Part shown: positions 6,746 to 21,950 of the stretch, piece after piece
How positions within the stretch are numbered: position 1 is the stretch's first letter
Layout: the number at the start of each line of letters is the position of its first letter
From: Blastocladiella emersonii ATCC 22665
Lineage: Eukaryota; Fungi; Blastocladiomycota
NCBI GenBank assembly: GCA_025594325.1
Contig: JANHCV010000005.1
Coordinates: forward strand, 2,108,001 to 2,172,000
DNA length: 64,000 nucleotides
Reading direction: 5' to 3'
The notes under the pieces: model-generated
Databases searched by the model: none
The model's input: the letters and a program-made list of their open reading frames with translations, nothing else
What the model was told of the DNA's origin: nothing
Position numbers and translations under genes: made by a program

Positions 6746-9571
6746 ATATGCACGCAATGAATTGACCGATGATATGGCCGTACCAAACCAGCCACGTAGA
6801 CAATTGTCATGGTAGTCGAACAAAACCATATTCAAATCTTGGACTACCCGCTTGTCCAGCTAGCCAGGGACCCATAAATCACAGTATCGACCCAACTAAA
6901 TATTTGACAGCAGAAAAATAGTAAACCAACCTCGTACAAAATTGTCATGGTACTCAAACAAAACCATATTCAAAACCTTGACTTCCCGCATATCCAGCTG
7001 GCCAGGGACCCATAAATCACAGTATGGAACCAACAAAGTATCTGACAACAGAAATATGGTAAAACAGCTACGCGGATAATTGTCATGGTACTCAATCAAA
7101 ACCATACTCAAACCTTTGCTTTCCTGCATGTCCAGCTGGCCACTGACCCATAAATCACAGTATCGGACCAAGAAAATATCTGACCATGGAAATATAGTAT
7201 ACCAGCCACCTAGGTAATTGTCATGGCACTCAAACAAAACCATAGTCAAGTCTTTGACTATCCACATGTCCAGCTGATTGAGGACCCATGAATCGTAACG
7301 TCAAAGCAACAATATATCTCACCATGGAAGTATAGTAAACCAGCCACTCTGGCAATTGTCATGGTACTCAAACAAAACCATACTCAAATCTATGACTTCC
7401 CACATGTCCAGCAGGTTGGACACCCATAAATCACAGTATCAAACCAACAAAATATCAGACCACAGGAGTATATAAAACCGACCACGTAGGTAATTGTCTT
7501 GGTACTCAAACAAAACCATATTCAAATCTTTCAATTCCCGCTTGTCCAGCTAGCCAGGGACCCATAAATCACAGGATCACAGCAACAAAGTATCTGACAA
7601 CAGAAATATGGTACACCAGCCACGTAGATAATTGTCATGGTACTCAAACAAAACCATACTCAAATCTTCGAGTGCCCCATGTCCAGGTGGGCAAGGGCCT
7701 ATAAATCACAGTATTGAACCAAGAAAATACCTGACGATCGGGATGTATCAAACCCGCCACGCTGATACTTGTCGTGGTACTCAAACATAACCATACTCAG
7801 CCAAATCTTTGAATACCCTCACGTCCAGGTGGGCAAGGAACCAAAGCGCCAGATATTCAAATCTACCGCTTTGTGCACACTCCACTAGCCAACTCTTCGA
7901 TCCACTAATTATGGAGCCCGTCGTCAAAGTACACTGTCCAATCAACTAAGTAAACAGCCAACCTGCCAGCCTGCCAGCCTGCCAGCCTGCCAGCCTGCCA
8001 ACCTGCCAACCTGCCAACCTGCCGCCTTGCCTACCTGCTATCCGAACACCCACACCGCCTCGCAAGTCATTGGGGGCCCGCGCTCTCTGGTTGCCGTCCC
8101 AGCCAACAAAGGAATGAATGATGAGCCCTGGCAGCCTGGCAGCCTGCCACACTGACAGCCTGACTGACAGCGCCCACCCAGTAGATATTATCTATCTCGT
8201 AGGTAGTCTGGGAGGACTTCGTTAGTCAATACACGACCAGTCTCCTCCTGGCTGCCGGCTCTGCTGTCCACTCCAAGTCCTGCATGATGATGGGCCAAGG
8301 AGGGTTCCGAGCAGCTCCTCTGTCTACCCGCGTGAAACCACTCACCCGCTGACGGATGTATACCACGCACCGTGCAGCGCGCACAGCACACAGCGCCCGA
8401 CGCACCACGCGGTGCGCACACGGCGCAAACGGCCACCCTGGTGTCACACACACTCGCATGAACGGCAGGCATGCAAGGCGTCCGTCCTCAACTCAACAAT
8501 GATTTATCATCCAGGCTTACTACTCGCTCCAACGGGTGCGCCTGCCTGCCCTCCCAGTGCCGTTGATTGATTGATGGGTGCGCCAGCCCCTGTTGCCAGC
8601 CACGTGGCAAGCAACACCTCAGCACCTGCGTCGCCCTGGCCACCGTCCGTACCTTGCAAACAGCGTAGCAGCCGTACTGCTTCACAGGGCTGCAGAGGGC
8701 TGGCTGCGGAGGGCTGAGGCGGCAGGGCTCCTCCTGCAGGAAGGAGACAGTGCTGGGGCCAAGGAGTGCTAGGGACGACAAACTGAATGGTGAATGACCA
8801 GACCAACACACCACATGCTCCTGGCAGGAGTGCGTGTGGGCGTGCGGGCCCGTGTCCGTGCGTGCCTGTGTCTGTGCGTGCCTGGATTAGACCTCCATCA
8901 CAAGCGCCAAGTGACCAAGTGACCAAGTGACAAAGTGACCAAGGTGACCAAGGTGACCAAGGTGACCAAGGTGACCAGGGTGACCAAGGTGACCAAGTGA
9001 CACACAAGCACCAAGCTAGGGTGGCCGGGCGGCCATGGACCGTACTGCATGGGTACCATTACCGTGGACTGGCCGCGGCCATTTATTGCAGCACAGCCCT
9101 GCCTGGCTCAGGACGCGGCGGGCGTGGGAGGCGGGCAGGGTAGATAGGTAGCAGCAGCAGGACCTGGCTAGCTGGCTGTCAAACAACACGAGTGAAGGGG
9201 TGCGTGAGGGAGGGTGTGTTGAACGAATGGATGGGTGGATGCAGGCAGACCTTCATACGTGTCGTGCGTGATGAGGATTGGTTGGCCACCATCCACCAAC
9301 GCCATGGCATGGCTGCGGGTGTCGCTGCGTGCGCCTTGGCGGGTGGTGGTGTTGGTGGGTGGTGTTGGTGGGTGCTGTGGTGGTAGTGGAGCTAAAGTGG
9401 TGTTGTGGGGCTCCTGGGGTCCCCTTCCCTTCCTGTCTGGCCTAGGTGGGTGGGTGGGCGGACGTAGCGCGCATGCGGGCGGGCAAGGTAGGAACGTTGC
9501 TCACGCAATGGATCATGTATTTTATGGAACGTAGTCTGCACAGCAGAGAGGGGGATGTCCGGCCCAATCGG

Positions 9572-10856
9572 ACCCTCCACGAATCACACCGCGCCGCCGC
9601 CTCTGTTGCCGCCGCGGCCGCCGCTAAACGACCAATCGAATCTTCTACTACACCACCAACACCACCACCACCACCCGCTACGCTTTCTCCTGTCCATGGC
9701 GAGGACCTCAGCACTCCCGGCTACGCCATGGTCGGCGAGTCCGTTGCTGGCGCGACGCGGTCCCTTGCCTCGTTCGGCCGTCGCCTCCTCGCCTCCATCT
9801 GGCGCGACCCCGCCGCTCTGTCTCGCCTCGCCGGCTGCGTTGTACGCGCCCGCGACGTCGCCTTCGCCTCCCGCTCACTCCAACTCGACCGCGACCTCGC
9901 TCGACCCGTCCTCGCGGCCATCACGTCCGTCGCCTCCCGATCCCTCTGGCGCGGCGCCTGGCTCTCTCACTCCGCTGGCTGCGCCGAGGCCGACCCACTC
10001 GATTCTTCTGAAGCTCCGCCGCGCGAGCCGCGTGAGCGGGCCCGCCGCCCATTTGGCCAGCCCATTGCCACACTCAAGTTCATCAACCGCCACCACTACT
10101 GCTCTCGCTGTCTGAGCTCGCTCCATTCCCACGTCCCCAACCCGTCTGGGCGTGAAGAAGACCCGCCAGTGTGCCCGCCGTCCACCGCGGCCCAAGCGGC
10201 TCTTGTTGCAGATCCCTCCGTCCGACTTTGGCTGCTCGGTTCCGCAAGGCACATTCGGTGATGTGACTAGACCAAGGATCGGCGCAGTCGACGCAAGTCC
10301 AGTAGCACCAGGTGTTTGCGCGCGGTACTGACCCATCCACTTTCTCTCGTTCTGACGACGATGAAACGCATGATCCGCCACTGAATGGCGCTGACGCACA
10401 AAAGAAAACGAAGGAGAAAAACAAAAAGAAAAGAAACGCAAAAAGAAGAATGTCCGCACAAAAAGATGGAAAAACATCTGACGAACCTCACAGGCCATGC
10501 CCAAGACCACAGCACTGCCACTGGTCCATTGGCATGTCCTCGCGCTCTAGTTGGTCACGCCAGCTTGTCTCTCTGCTCGGTCTCTCTTTACTGCGTTTCG
10601 TTCGCTCTCTTAGCTCGCTGCTCGAGCTCGCTCTCTCTTCGCCTCGTTCGCCCATCTCTCTCGTACTCCCCTCTCCTCCCACAATTCTTCCCCCTATGCT
10701 CCTCGACGTGCACGGTCCGGGCTTGTCGTACTGCGGCTTGCCCACAAAAGGGCTGCTGCCCGTTGCACAGTGGATATTCTGCTTGCAGTTCACAACCGCT
10801 GTTAAGGAATAAATGCATTGGTTCCAAAAAAAAAAAGAAACCCTCCACGAATCACA
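9572..10856 (+). mobile_element. Copy of the retro-insertion (unit 3; A11; SNP C>G at 10244)
   Basis: Same TSDs and junctions as unit 1. Confidence 0.85.
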
Positions 10857-13682
10857 ATATGCGCGCAATGAATTGACCGATGATATGGCCGTACCAAACC
10901 AGCCACGTAGACAATTGTCATGGTAGTCGAACAAAACCATATTCAAATCTTGGACTACCCGCTTGTCCAGCTAGCCAGGGACCCATAAATCACAGTATCG
11001 ACCCAACTAAATATTTGACAGCAGAAATATAGTAAACCAACCTCGTACAAAATTGTCATGGTACTCAAACAAAACCATATTCAAAACCTTGACTTCCCGC
11101 ATATCCAGCTGGCCAGGGACCCATAAATCACAGTATGGAACCAACAAAGTATCTGACAACAGAAATATGGTAAAACAGCTACGCGGATAATTGTCATGGT
11201 ACTCAATCAAAACCATACTCAAACCTTTGCTTTCCTGCATGTCCAGCTGGCCACTGACCCATAAATCACAGTATCGGACCAAGAAAATATCTGACCATGG
11301 AAATATAGTATACCAGCCACCTAGGTAATTGTCATGGCACTCAAACAAAACCATAGTCAAGTCTTTGACTATCCACATGTCCAGCTGATTGAGGACCCAT
11401 GAATCGTAACGTCAAAGCAACAATATATCTCACCATGGAAGTATAGTAAACCAGCCACTCTGGCAATTGTCATGGTACTCAAACAAAACCATACTCAAAT
11501 CTATGACTTCCCACATGTCCAGCAGGTTGGACACCCATAAATCACAGTATCAAACCAACAAAATATCAGACCACAGGAGTATATAAAACCGACCACGTAG
11601 GTAATTGTCTTGGTACTCAAACAAAACCATATTCAAATCTTTCAATTCCCGCTTGTCCAGCTAGCCAGGGACCCATAAATCACAGGATCACAGCAACAAA
11701 GTATCTGACAACAGAAATATGGTACACCAGCCACGTAGATAATTGTCATGGTACTCAAACAAAACCATACTCAAATCTTCGAGTGCCCCATGTCCAGGTG
11801 GGCAAGGGCCTATAAATCACAGTATTGAACCAAGAAAATACCTGACGATCGGGATGTATCAAACCCGCCACGCTGATACTTGTCGTGGTACTCAAACATA
11901 ACCATACTCAGCCAAATCTTTGAATACCCTCACGTCCAGGTGGGCAAGGAACCAAAGCGCCAGATATTCAAATCTACCGCTTTGTGCACACTCCACTAGC
12001 CAACTCTTCGATCCACTAATTATGGAGCCCGTCGTCAAAGTACACTGTCCAATCAACTAAGTAAACAGCCAACCTGCCAGCCTGCCAGCCTGCCAGCCTG
12101 CCAGCCTGCCAACCTGCCAACCTGCCAACCTGCCGCCTTGCCTACCTGCTATCCGAACACCCACACCGCCTCGCAAGTCATTGGGGGCCCGCGCTCTCTG
12201 GTTGCCGTCCCAGCCAACAAAGGAATGAATGATGAGCCCTGGCAGCCTGGCAGCCTGCCACACTGACAGCCTGACTGACAGCGCCCACCCAGTAGATATT
12301 ATCTATCTCGTAGGTAGTCTGGGAGGACTTCGTTAGTCAATACACGACCAGTCTCCTCCTGGCTGCCGGCTCTGCTGTCCACTCCAAGTCCTGCATGATG
12401 ATGGGCCAAGGAGGGTTCCGAGCAGCTCCTCTGTCTACCCGCGTGAAACCACTCACCCGCTGACGGATGTATACCACGCACCGTGCAGCGCGCACAGCAC
12501 ACAGCGCCCGACGCACCACGCGGTGCGCACACGGCGCAAACGGCCACCCTGGTGTCACACACACTCGCATGAACGGCAGGCATGCAAGGCGTCCGTCCTC
12601 AACTCAACAATGATTTATCATCCAGGCTTACTACTCGCTCCAACGGGTGCGCCTGCCTGCCCTCCCAGTGCCGTTGATTGATTGATGGGTGCGCCAGCCC
12701 CTGTTGCCAGCCACGTGGCAAGCAACACCTCAGCACCTGCGTCGCCCTGGCCACCGTCCGTACCTTGCAAACAGCGTAGCAGCCGTACTGCTTCACAGGG
12801 CTGCAGAGGGCTGGCTGCGGAGGGCTGAGGCGGCAGGGCTCCTCCTGCAGGAAGGAGACAGTGCTGGGGCCAAGGAGTGCTAGGGACGACAAACTGAATG
12901 GTGAATGACCAGACCAACACACCACATGCTCCTGGCAGGAGTGCGTGTGGGCGTGCGGGCCCGTGTCCGTGCGTGCCTGTGTCTGTGCGTGCCTGGATTA
13001 GACCTCCATCACAAGCGCCAAGTGACCAAGTGACCAAGTGACAAAGTGACCAAGGTGACCAAGGTGACCAAGGTGACCAAGGTGACCAGGGTGACCAAGG
13101 TGACCAAGTGACACACAAGCACCAAGCTAGGGTGGCCGGGCGGCCATGGACCGTACTGCATGGGTACCATTACCGTGGACTGGCCGCGGCCATTTATTGC
13201 AGCACAGCCCTGCCTGGCTCAGGACGCGGCGGGCGTGGGAGGCGGGCAGGGTAGATAGGTAGCAGCAGCAGGACCTGGCTAGCTGGCTGTCAAACAACAC
13301 GAGTGAAGGGGTGCGTGAGGGAGGGTGTGTTGAACGAATGGATGGGTGGATGCAGGCAGACCTTCATACGTGTCGTGCGTGATGAGGATTGGTTGGCCAC
13401 CATCCACCAACGCCATGGCATGGCTGCGGGTGTCGCTGCGTGCGCCTTGGCGGGTGGTGGTGTTGGTGGGTGGTGTTGGTGGGTGCTGTGGTGGTAGTGG
13501 AGCTAAAGTGGTGTTGTGGGGCTCCTGGGGTCCCCTTCCCTTCCTGTCTGGCCTAGGTGGGTGGGTGGGCGGACGTAGCGCGCATGCGGGCGGGCAAGGT
13601 AGGAACGTTGCTCACGCAATGGATCATGTATTTTATGGAACGTAGTCTGCACAGCAGAGAGGGGGATGTCCGGCCCAATCGG

Positions 13683-14966
13683 ACCCTCCACGAATCACAC
13701 CGCGCCGCCGCCTCTGTTGCCGCCGCGGCCGCCGCTAAACGACCAATCGAATCTTCTACTACACCACCAACACCACCACCACCACCCGCTACGCTTTCTC
13801 CTGTCCATGGCGAGGACCTCAGCACTCCCGGCTACGCCATGGTCGGCGAGTCCGTTGCTGGCGCGACGCGGTCCCTTGCCTCGTTCGGCCGTCGCCTCCT
13901 CGCCTCCATCTGGCGCGACCCCGCCGCTCTGTCTCGCCTCGCCGGCTGCGTTGTACGCGCCCGCGACGTCGCCTTCGCCTCCCGCTCACTCCAACTCGAC
14001 CGCGACCTCGCTCGACCCGTCCTCGCGGCCATCACGTCCGTCGCCTCCCGATCCCTCTGGCGCGGCGCCTGGCTCTCTCACTCCGCTGGCTGCGCCGAGG
14101 CCGACCCACTCGATTCTTCTGAAGCTCCGCCGCGCGAGCCGCGTGAGCGGGCCCGCCGCCCATTTGGCCAGCCCATTGCCACACTCAAGTTCATCAACCG
14201 CCACCACTACTGCTCTCGCTGTCTGAGCTCGCTCCATTCCCACGTCCCCAACCCGTCTGGGCGTGAAGAAGACCCGCCAGTGTGCCCGCCGTCCACCGCG
14301 GCCCAAGCGGCTCTTGTTGCAGATCCCTCCGTCCGACTTTGGCTGCTCGGTTCCCCAAGGCACATTCGGTGATGTGACTAGACCAAGGATCGGCGCAGTC
14401 GACGCAAGTCCAGTAGCACCAGGTGTTTGCGCGCGGTACTGACCCATCCACTTTCTCTCGTTCTGACGACGATGAAACGCATGATCCGCCACTGAATGGC
14501 GCTGACGCACAAAAGAAAACGAAGGAGAAAAACAAAAAGAAAAGAAACGCAAAAAGAAGAATGTCCGCACAAAAAGATGGAAAAACATCTGACGAACCTC
14601 ACAGGCCATGCCCAAGACCACAGCACTGCCACTGGTCCATTGGCATGTCCTCGCGCTCTAGTTGGTCACGCCAGCTTGTCTCTCTGCTCGGTCTCTCTTT
14701 ACTGCGTTTCGTTCGCTCTCTTAGCTCGCTGCTCGAGCTCGCTCTCTCTTCGCCTCGTTCGCCCATCTCTCTCGTACTCCCCTCTCCTCCCACAATTCTT
14801 CCCCCTATGCTCCTCGACGTGCACGGTCCGGGCTTGTCGTACTGCGGCTTGCCCACAAAAGGGCTGCTGCCCGTTGCACAGTGGATATTCTGCTTGCAGT
14901 TCACAACCGCTGTTAAGGAATAAATGCATTGGTTCCAAAAAAAAAAGAAACCCTCCACGAATCACA
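13683..14966 (+). mobile_element. Copy of the retro-insertion (unit 4; A10)
   Basis: Same TSDs and junctions as unit 1. Confidence 0.85.
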
Positions 14967-17816
14967 ATATGCACGCAATGAATTGACCGATGATATGGCC
15001 GTACCAAACCAGCCACGTAGACAATTGTCATGGTAGTCGAACAAAACCATATTCAAATCTTGGACTACCCGCTTGTCCAGCTAGCCAGGGACCCATAAAT
15101 CACAGTATCGACCCAACTAAATATTTGACAGCAGAAAAATAGTAAACCAACCTCGTACAAAATTGTCATGGTACTCAAACAAAACCATATTCAAAACCTT
15201 GACTTCCCGCATATCCAGCTGGCCAGGGACCCATAAATCACAGTATGGAACCAACAAAGTATCTGACAACAGAAATATGGTAAAACAGCTACGCGGATAA
15301 TTGTCATGGTACTCAATCAAAACCATACTCAAACCTTTGCTTTCCTGCATGTCCAGCTGGCCACTGACCCATAAATCACAGTATCGGACCAAGAAAATAT
15401 CTGACCATGGAAATATAGTATACCAGCCACCTAGGTAATTGTCATGGCACTCAAACAAAACCATAGTCAAGTCTTTGACTATCCACATGTCCAGCTGATT
15501 GAGGACCCATGAATCGTAACGTCAAAGCAACAATATATCTCACCATGGAAGTATAGTAAACCAGCCACTCTGGCAATTGTCATGGTACTCAAACAAAACC
15601 ATACTCAAATCTATGACTTCCCACATGTCCAGCAGGTTGGACACCCATAAATCACAGTATCAAACCAACAAAATATCAGACCACAGGAGTATATAAAACC
15701 GACCACGTAGGTAATTGTCTTGGTACTCAAACAAAACCATATTCAAATCTTTCAATTCCCGCTTGTCCAGCTAGCCAGGGACCCATAAATCACAGGATCA
15801 CAGCAACAAAGTATCTGACAACAGAAATATGGTACACCAGCCACGTAGATAATTGTCATGGTACTCAAACAAAACCATACTCAAATCTTCGAGTGCCCCA
15901 TGTCCAGGTGGGCAAGGGCCTATAAATCACAGTATTGAACCAAGAAAATACCTGACGATCGGGATGTATCAAACCCGCCACGCTGATACTTGTCGTGGTA
16001 CTCAAACATAACCATACTCAGCCAAATCTTTGAATACCCTCACGTCCAGGTGGGCAAGGAACCAAAGCGCCAGATATTCAAATCTACCGCTTTGTGCACA
16101 CTCCACTAGCCAACTCTTCGATCCACTAATTATGGAGCCCGTCGTCAAAGTACACTGTCCAATCAACTAAGTAAACAGCCAACCTGCCAGCCTGCCAGCC
16201 TGCCAGCCTGCCAGCCTGCCAGCCTGCCAGCCTGCCAGCCTGCCAACCTGCCAACCTGCCAACCTGCCGCCTTGCCTACCTGCTATCCGAACACCCACAC
16301 CGCCTCGCAAGTCATTGGGGGCCCGCGCTCTCTGGTTGCCGTCCCAGCCAACAAAGGAATGAATGATGAGCCCTGGCAGCCTGGCAGCCTGCCACACTGA
16401 CAGCCTGACTGACAGCGCCCACCCAGTAGATATTATCTATCTCGTAGGTAGTCTGGGAGGACTTCGTTAGTCAATACACGACCAGTCTCCTCCTGGCTGC
16501 CGGCTCTGCTGTCCACTCCAAGTCCTGCATGATGATGGGCCAAGGAGGGTTCCGAGCAGCTCCTCTGTCTACCCGCGTGAAACCACTCACCCGCTGACGG
16601 ATGTATACCACGCACCGTGCAGCGCGCACAGCACACAGCGCCCGACGCACCACGCGGTGCGCACACGGCGCAAACGGCCACCCTGGTGTCACACACACTC
16701 GCATGAACGGCAGGCATGCAAGGCGTCCGTCCTCAACTCAACAATGATTTATCATCCAGGCTTACTACTCGCTCCAACGGGTGCGCCTGCCTGCCCTCCC
16801 AGTGCCGTTGATTGATTGATGGGTGCGCCAGCCCCTGTTGCCAGCCACGTGGCAAGCAACACCTCAGCACCTGCGTCGCCCTGGCCACCGTCCGTACCTT
16901 GCAAACAGCGTAGCAGCCGTACTGCTTCACAGGGCTGCAGAGGGCTGGCTGCGGAGGGCTGAGGCGGCAGGGCTCCTCCTGCAGGAAGGAGACAGTGCTG
17001 GGGCCAAGGAGTGCTAGGGACGACAAACTGAATGGTGAATGACCAGACCAACACACCACATGCTCCTGGCAGGAGTGCGTGTGGGCGTGCGGGCCCGTGT
17101 CCGTGCGTGCCTGTGTCTGTGCGTGCCTGGATTAGACCTCCATCACAAGCGCCAAGTGACCAAGTGACCAAGTGACAAAGTGACCAAGGTGACCAAGGTG
17201 ACCAAGGTGACCAAGGTGACCAGGGTGACCAAGGTGACCAAGTGACACACAAGCACCAAGCTAGGGTGGCCGGGCGGCCATGGACCGTACTGCATGGGTA
17301 CCATTACCGTGGACTGGCCGCGGCCATTTATTGCAGCACAGCCCTGCCTGGCTCAGGACGCGGCGGGCGTGGGAGGCGGGCAGGGTAGATAGGTAGCAGC
17401 AGCAGGACCTGGCTAGCTGGCTGTCAAACAACACGAGTGAAGGGGTGCGTGAGGGAGGGTGTGTTGAACGAATGGATGGGTGGATGCAGGCAGACCTTCA
17501 TACGTGTCGTGCGTGATGAGGATTGGTTGGCCACCATCCACCAACGCCATGGCATGGCTGCGGGTGTCGCTGCGTGCGCCTTGGCGGGTGGTGGTGTTGG
17601 TGGGTGGTGTTGGTGGGTGCTGTGGTGGTAGTGGAGCTAAAGTGGTGTTGTGGGGCTCCTGGGGTCCCCTTCCCTTCCTGTCTGGCCTAGGTGGGTGGGT
17701 GGGCGGACGTAGCGCGCATGCGGGCGGGCAAGGTAGGAACGTTGCTCACGCAATGGATCATGTATTTTATGGAACGTAGTCTGCACAGCAGAGAGGGGGA
17801 TGTCCGGCCCAATCGG

Positions 17817-19100
17817 ACCCTCCACGAATCACACCGCGCCGCCGCCTCTGTTGCCGCCGCGGCCGCCGCTAAACGACCAATCGAATCTTCTACTACACCA
17901 CCAACACCACCACCACCACCCGCTACGCTTTCTCCTGTCCATGGCGAGGACCTCAGCACTCCCGGCTACGCCATGGTCGGCGAGTCCGTTGCTGGCGCGA
18001 CGCGGTCCCTTGCCTCGTTCGGCCGTCGCCTCCTCGCCTCCATCTGGCGCGACCCCGCCGCTCTGTCTCGCCTCGCCGGCTGCGTTGTACGCGCCCGCGA
18101 CGTCGCCTTCGCCTCCCGCTCACTCCAACTCGACCGCGACCTCGCTCGACCCGTCCTCGCGGCCATCACGTCCGTCGCCTCCCGATCCCTCTGGCGCGGC
18201 GCCTGGCTCTCTCACTCCGCTGGCTGCGCCGAGGCCGACCCACTCGATTCTTCTGAAGCTCCGCCGCGCGAGCCGCGTGAGCGGGCCCGCCGCCCATTTG
18301 GCCAGCCCATTGCCACACTCAAGTTCATCAACCGCCACCACTACTGCTCTCGCTGTCTGAGCTCGCTCCATTCCCACGTCCCCAACCCGTCTGGGCGTGA
18401 AGAAGACCCGCCAGTGTGCCCGCCGTCCACCGCGGCCCAAGCGGCTCTTGTTGCAGATCCCTCCGTCCGACTTTGGCTGCTCGGTTCCCCAAGGCACATT
18501 CGGTGATGTGACTAGACCAAGGATCGGCGCAGTCGACGCAAGTCCAGTAGCACCAGGTGTTTGCGCGCGGTACTGACCCATCCACTTTCTCTCGTTCTGA
18601 CGACGATGAAACGCATGATCCGCCACTGAATGGCGCTGACGCACAAAAGAAAACGAAGGAGAAAAACAAAAAGAAAAGAAACGCAAAAAGAAGAATGTCC
18701 GCACAAAAAGATGGAAAAACATCTGACGAACCTCACAGGCCATGCCCAAGACCACAGCACTGCCACTGGTCCATTGGCATGTCCTCGCGCTCTAGTTGGT
18801 CACGCCAGCTTGTCTCTCTGCTCGGTCTCTCTTTACTGCGTTTCGTTCGCTCTCTTAGCTCGCTGCTCGAGCTCGCTCTCTCTTCGCCTCGTTCGCCCAT
18901 CTCTCTCGTACTCCCCTCTCCTCCCACAATTCTTCCCCCTATGCTCCTCGACGTGCACGGTCCGGGCTTGTCGTACTGCGGCTTGCCCACAAAAGGGCTG
19001 CTGCCCGTTGCACAGTGGATATTCTGCTTGCAGTTCACAACCGCTGTTAAGGAATAAATGCATTGGTTCCAAAAAAAAAAGAAACCCTCCACGAATCACA
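17817..19100 (+). mobile_element. Copy of the retro-insertion (unit 5; A10)
   Basis: Same TSDs and junctions as unit 1. Confidence 0.85.
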
Positions 19101-21950
19101 ATATGCACGCAATGAATTGACCGATGATATGGCCGTACCAAACCAGCCACGTAGACAATTGTCATGGTAGTCGAACAAAACCATATTCAAATCTTGGACT
19201 ACCCGCTTGTCCAGCTAGCCAGGGACCCATAAATCACAGTATCGACCCAACTAAATATTTGACAGCAGAAATATAGTAAACCAACCTCGTACAAAATTGT
19301 CATGGTACTCAAACAAAACCATATTCAAAACCTTGACTTCCCGCATATCCAGCTGGCCAGGGACCCATAAATCACAGTATGGAACCAACAAAGTATCTGA
19401 CAACAGAAATATGGTAAAACAGCTACGCGGATAATTGTCATGGTACTCAATCAAAACCATACTCAAACCTTTGCTTTCCTGCATGTCCAGCTGGCCACTG
19501 ACCCATAAATCACAGTATCGGACCAAGAAAATATCTGACCATGGAAATATAGTATACCAGCCACCTAGGTAATTGTCATGGCACTCAAACAAAACCATAG
19601 TCAAGTCTTTGACTATCCACATGTCCAGCTGATTGAGGACCCATGAATCGTAACGTCAAAGCAACAATATATCTCACCATGGAAGTATAGTAAACCAGCC
19701 ACTCTGGCAATTGTCATGGTACTCAAACAAAACCATACTCAAATCTATGACTTCCCACATGTCCAGCAGGTTGGACACCCATAAATCACAGTATCAAACC
19801 AACAAAATATCAGACCACAGGAGTATATAAAAGCGACCACGTAGGTAATTGTCTTGGTACTCAAACAAAACCATATTCAAATCTTTCAATTCCCGCTTGT
19901 CCAGCTAGCCAGGGACCCATAAATCACAGGATCACAGCAACAAAGTATCTGACAACAGAAATATGGTACACCAGCCACGTAGATAATTGTCATGGTACTC
20001 AAACAAAACCATACTCAAATCTTCGAGTGCCCCATGTCCAGGTGGGCAAGGGCCTATAAATCACAGTATTGAACCAAGAAAATACCTGACGATCGGGATG
20101 TATCAAACCCGCCACGCTGATACTTGTCGTGGTACTCAAACATAACCATACTCAGCCAAATCTTTGAATACCCTCACGTCCAGGTGGGCAAGGAACCAAA
20201 GCGCCAGATATTCAAATCTACCGCTTTGTGCACACTCCACTAGCCAACTCTTCGATCCACTAATTATGGAGCCCGTCGTCAAAGTACACTGTCCAATCAA
20301 CTAAGTAAACAGCCAACCTGCCAGCCTGCCAGCCTGCCAGCCTGCCAGCCTGCCAGCCTGCCAGCCTGCCAGCCTGCCAACCTGCCAACCTGCCAACCTG
20401 CCGCCTTGCCTACCTGCTATCCGAACACCCACACCGCCTCGCAAGTCATTGGGGGCCCGCGCTCTCTGGTTGCCGTCCCAGCCAACAAAGGAATGAATGA
20501 TGAGCCCTGGCAGCCTGGCAGCCTGCCACACTGACAGCCTGACTGACAGCGCCCACCCAGTAGATATTATCTATCTCGTAGGTAGTCTGGGAGGACTTCG
20601 TTAGTCAATACACGACCAGTCTCCTCCTGGCTGCCGGCTCTGCTGTCCACTCCAAGTCCTGCATGATGATGGGCCAAGGAGGGTTCCGAGCAGCTCCTCT
20701 GTCTACCCGCGTGAAACCACTCACCCGCTGACGGATGTATACCACGCACCGTGCAGCGCGCACAGCACACAGCGCCCGACGCACCACGCGGTGCGCACAC
20801 GGCGCAAACGGCCACCCTGGTGTCACACACACTCGCATGAACGGCAGGCATGCAAGGCGTCCGTCCTCAACTCAACAATGATTTATCATCCAGGCTTACT
20901 ACTCGCTCCAACGGGTGCGCCTGCCTGCCCTCCCAGTGCCGTTGATTGATTGATGGGTGCGCCAGCCCCTGTTGCCAGCCACGTGGCAAGCAACACCTCA
21001 GCACCTGCGTCGCCCTGGCCACCGTCCGTACCTTGCAAACAGCGTAGCAGCCGTACTGCTTCACAGGGCTGCAGAGGGCTGGCTGCGGAGGGCTGAGGCG
21101 GCAGGGCTCCTCCTGCAGGAAGGAGACAGTGCTGGGGCCAAGGAGTGCTAGGGACGACAAACTGAATGGTGAATGACCAGACCAACACACCACATGCTCC
21201 TGGCAGGAGTGCGTGTGGGCGTGCGGGCCCGTGTCCGTGCGTGCCTGTGTCTGTGCGTGCCTGGATTAGACCTCCATCACAAGCGCCAAGTGACCAAGTG
21301 ACCAAGTGACAAAGTGACCAAGGTGACCAAGGTGACCAAGGTGACCAAGGTGACCAGGGTGACCAAGGTGACCAAGTGACACACAAGCACCAAGCTAGGG
21401 TGGCCGGGCGGCCATGGACCGTACTGCATGGGTACCATTACCGTGGACTGGCCGCGGCCATTTATTGCAGCACAGCCCTGCCTGGCTCAGGACGCGGCGG
21501 GCGTGGGAGGCGGGCAGGGTAGATAGGTAGCAGCAGCAGGACCTGGCTAGCTGGCTGTCAAACAACACGAGTGAAGGGGTGCGTGAGGGAGGGTGTGTTG
21601 AACGAATGGATGGGTGGATGCAGGCAGACCTTCATACGTGTCGTGCGTGATGAGGATTGGTTGGCCACCATCCACCAACGCCATGGCATGGCTGCGGGTG
21701 TCGCTGCGTGCGCCTTGGCGGGTGGTGGTGTTGGTGGGTGGTGTTGGTGGGTGCTGTGGTGGTAGTGGAGCTAAAGTGGTGTTGTGGGGCTCCTGGGGTC
21801 CCCTTCCCTTCCTGTCTGGCCTAGGTGGGTGGGTGGGCGGACGTAGCGCGCATGCGGGCGGGCAAGGTAGGAACGTTGCTCACGCAATGGATCATGTATT
21901 TTATGGAACGTAGTCTGCACAGCAGAGAGGGGGATGTCCGGCCCAATCGG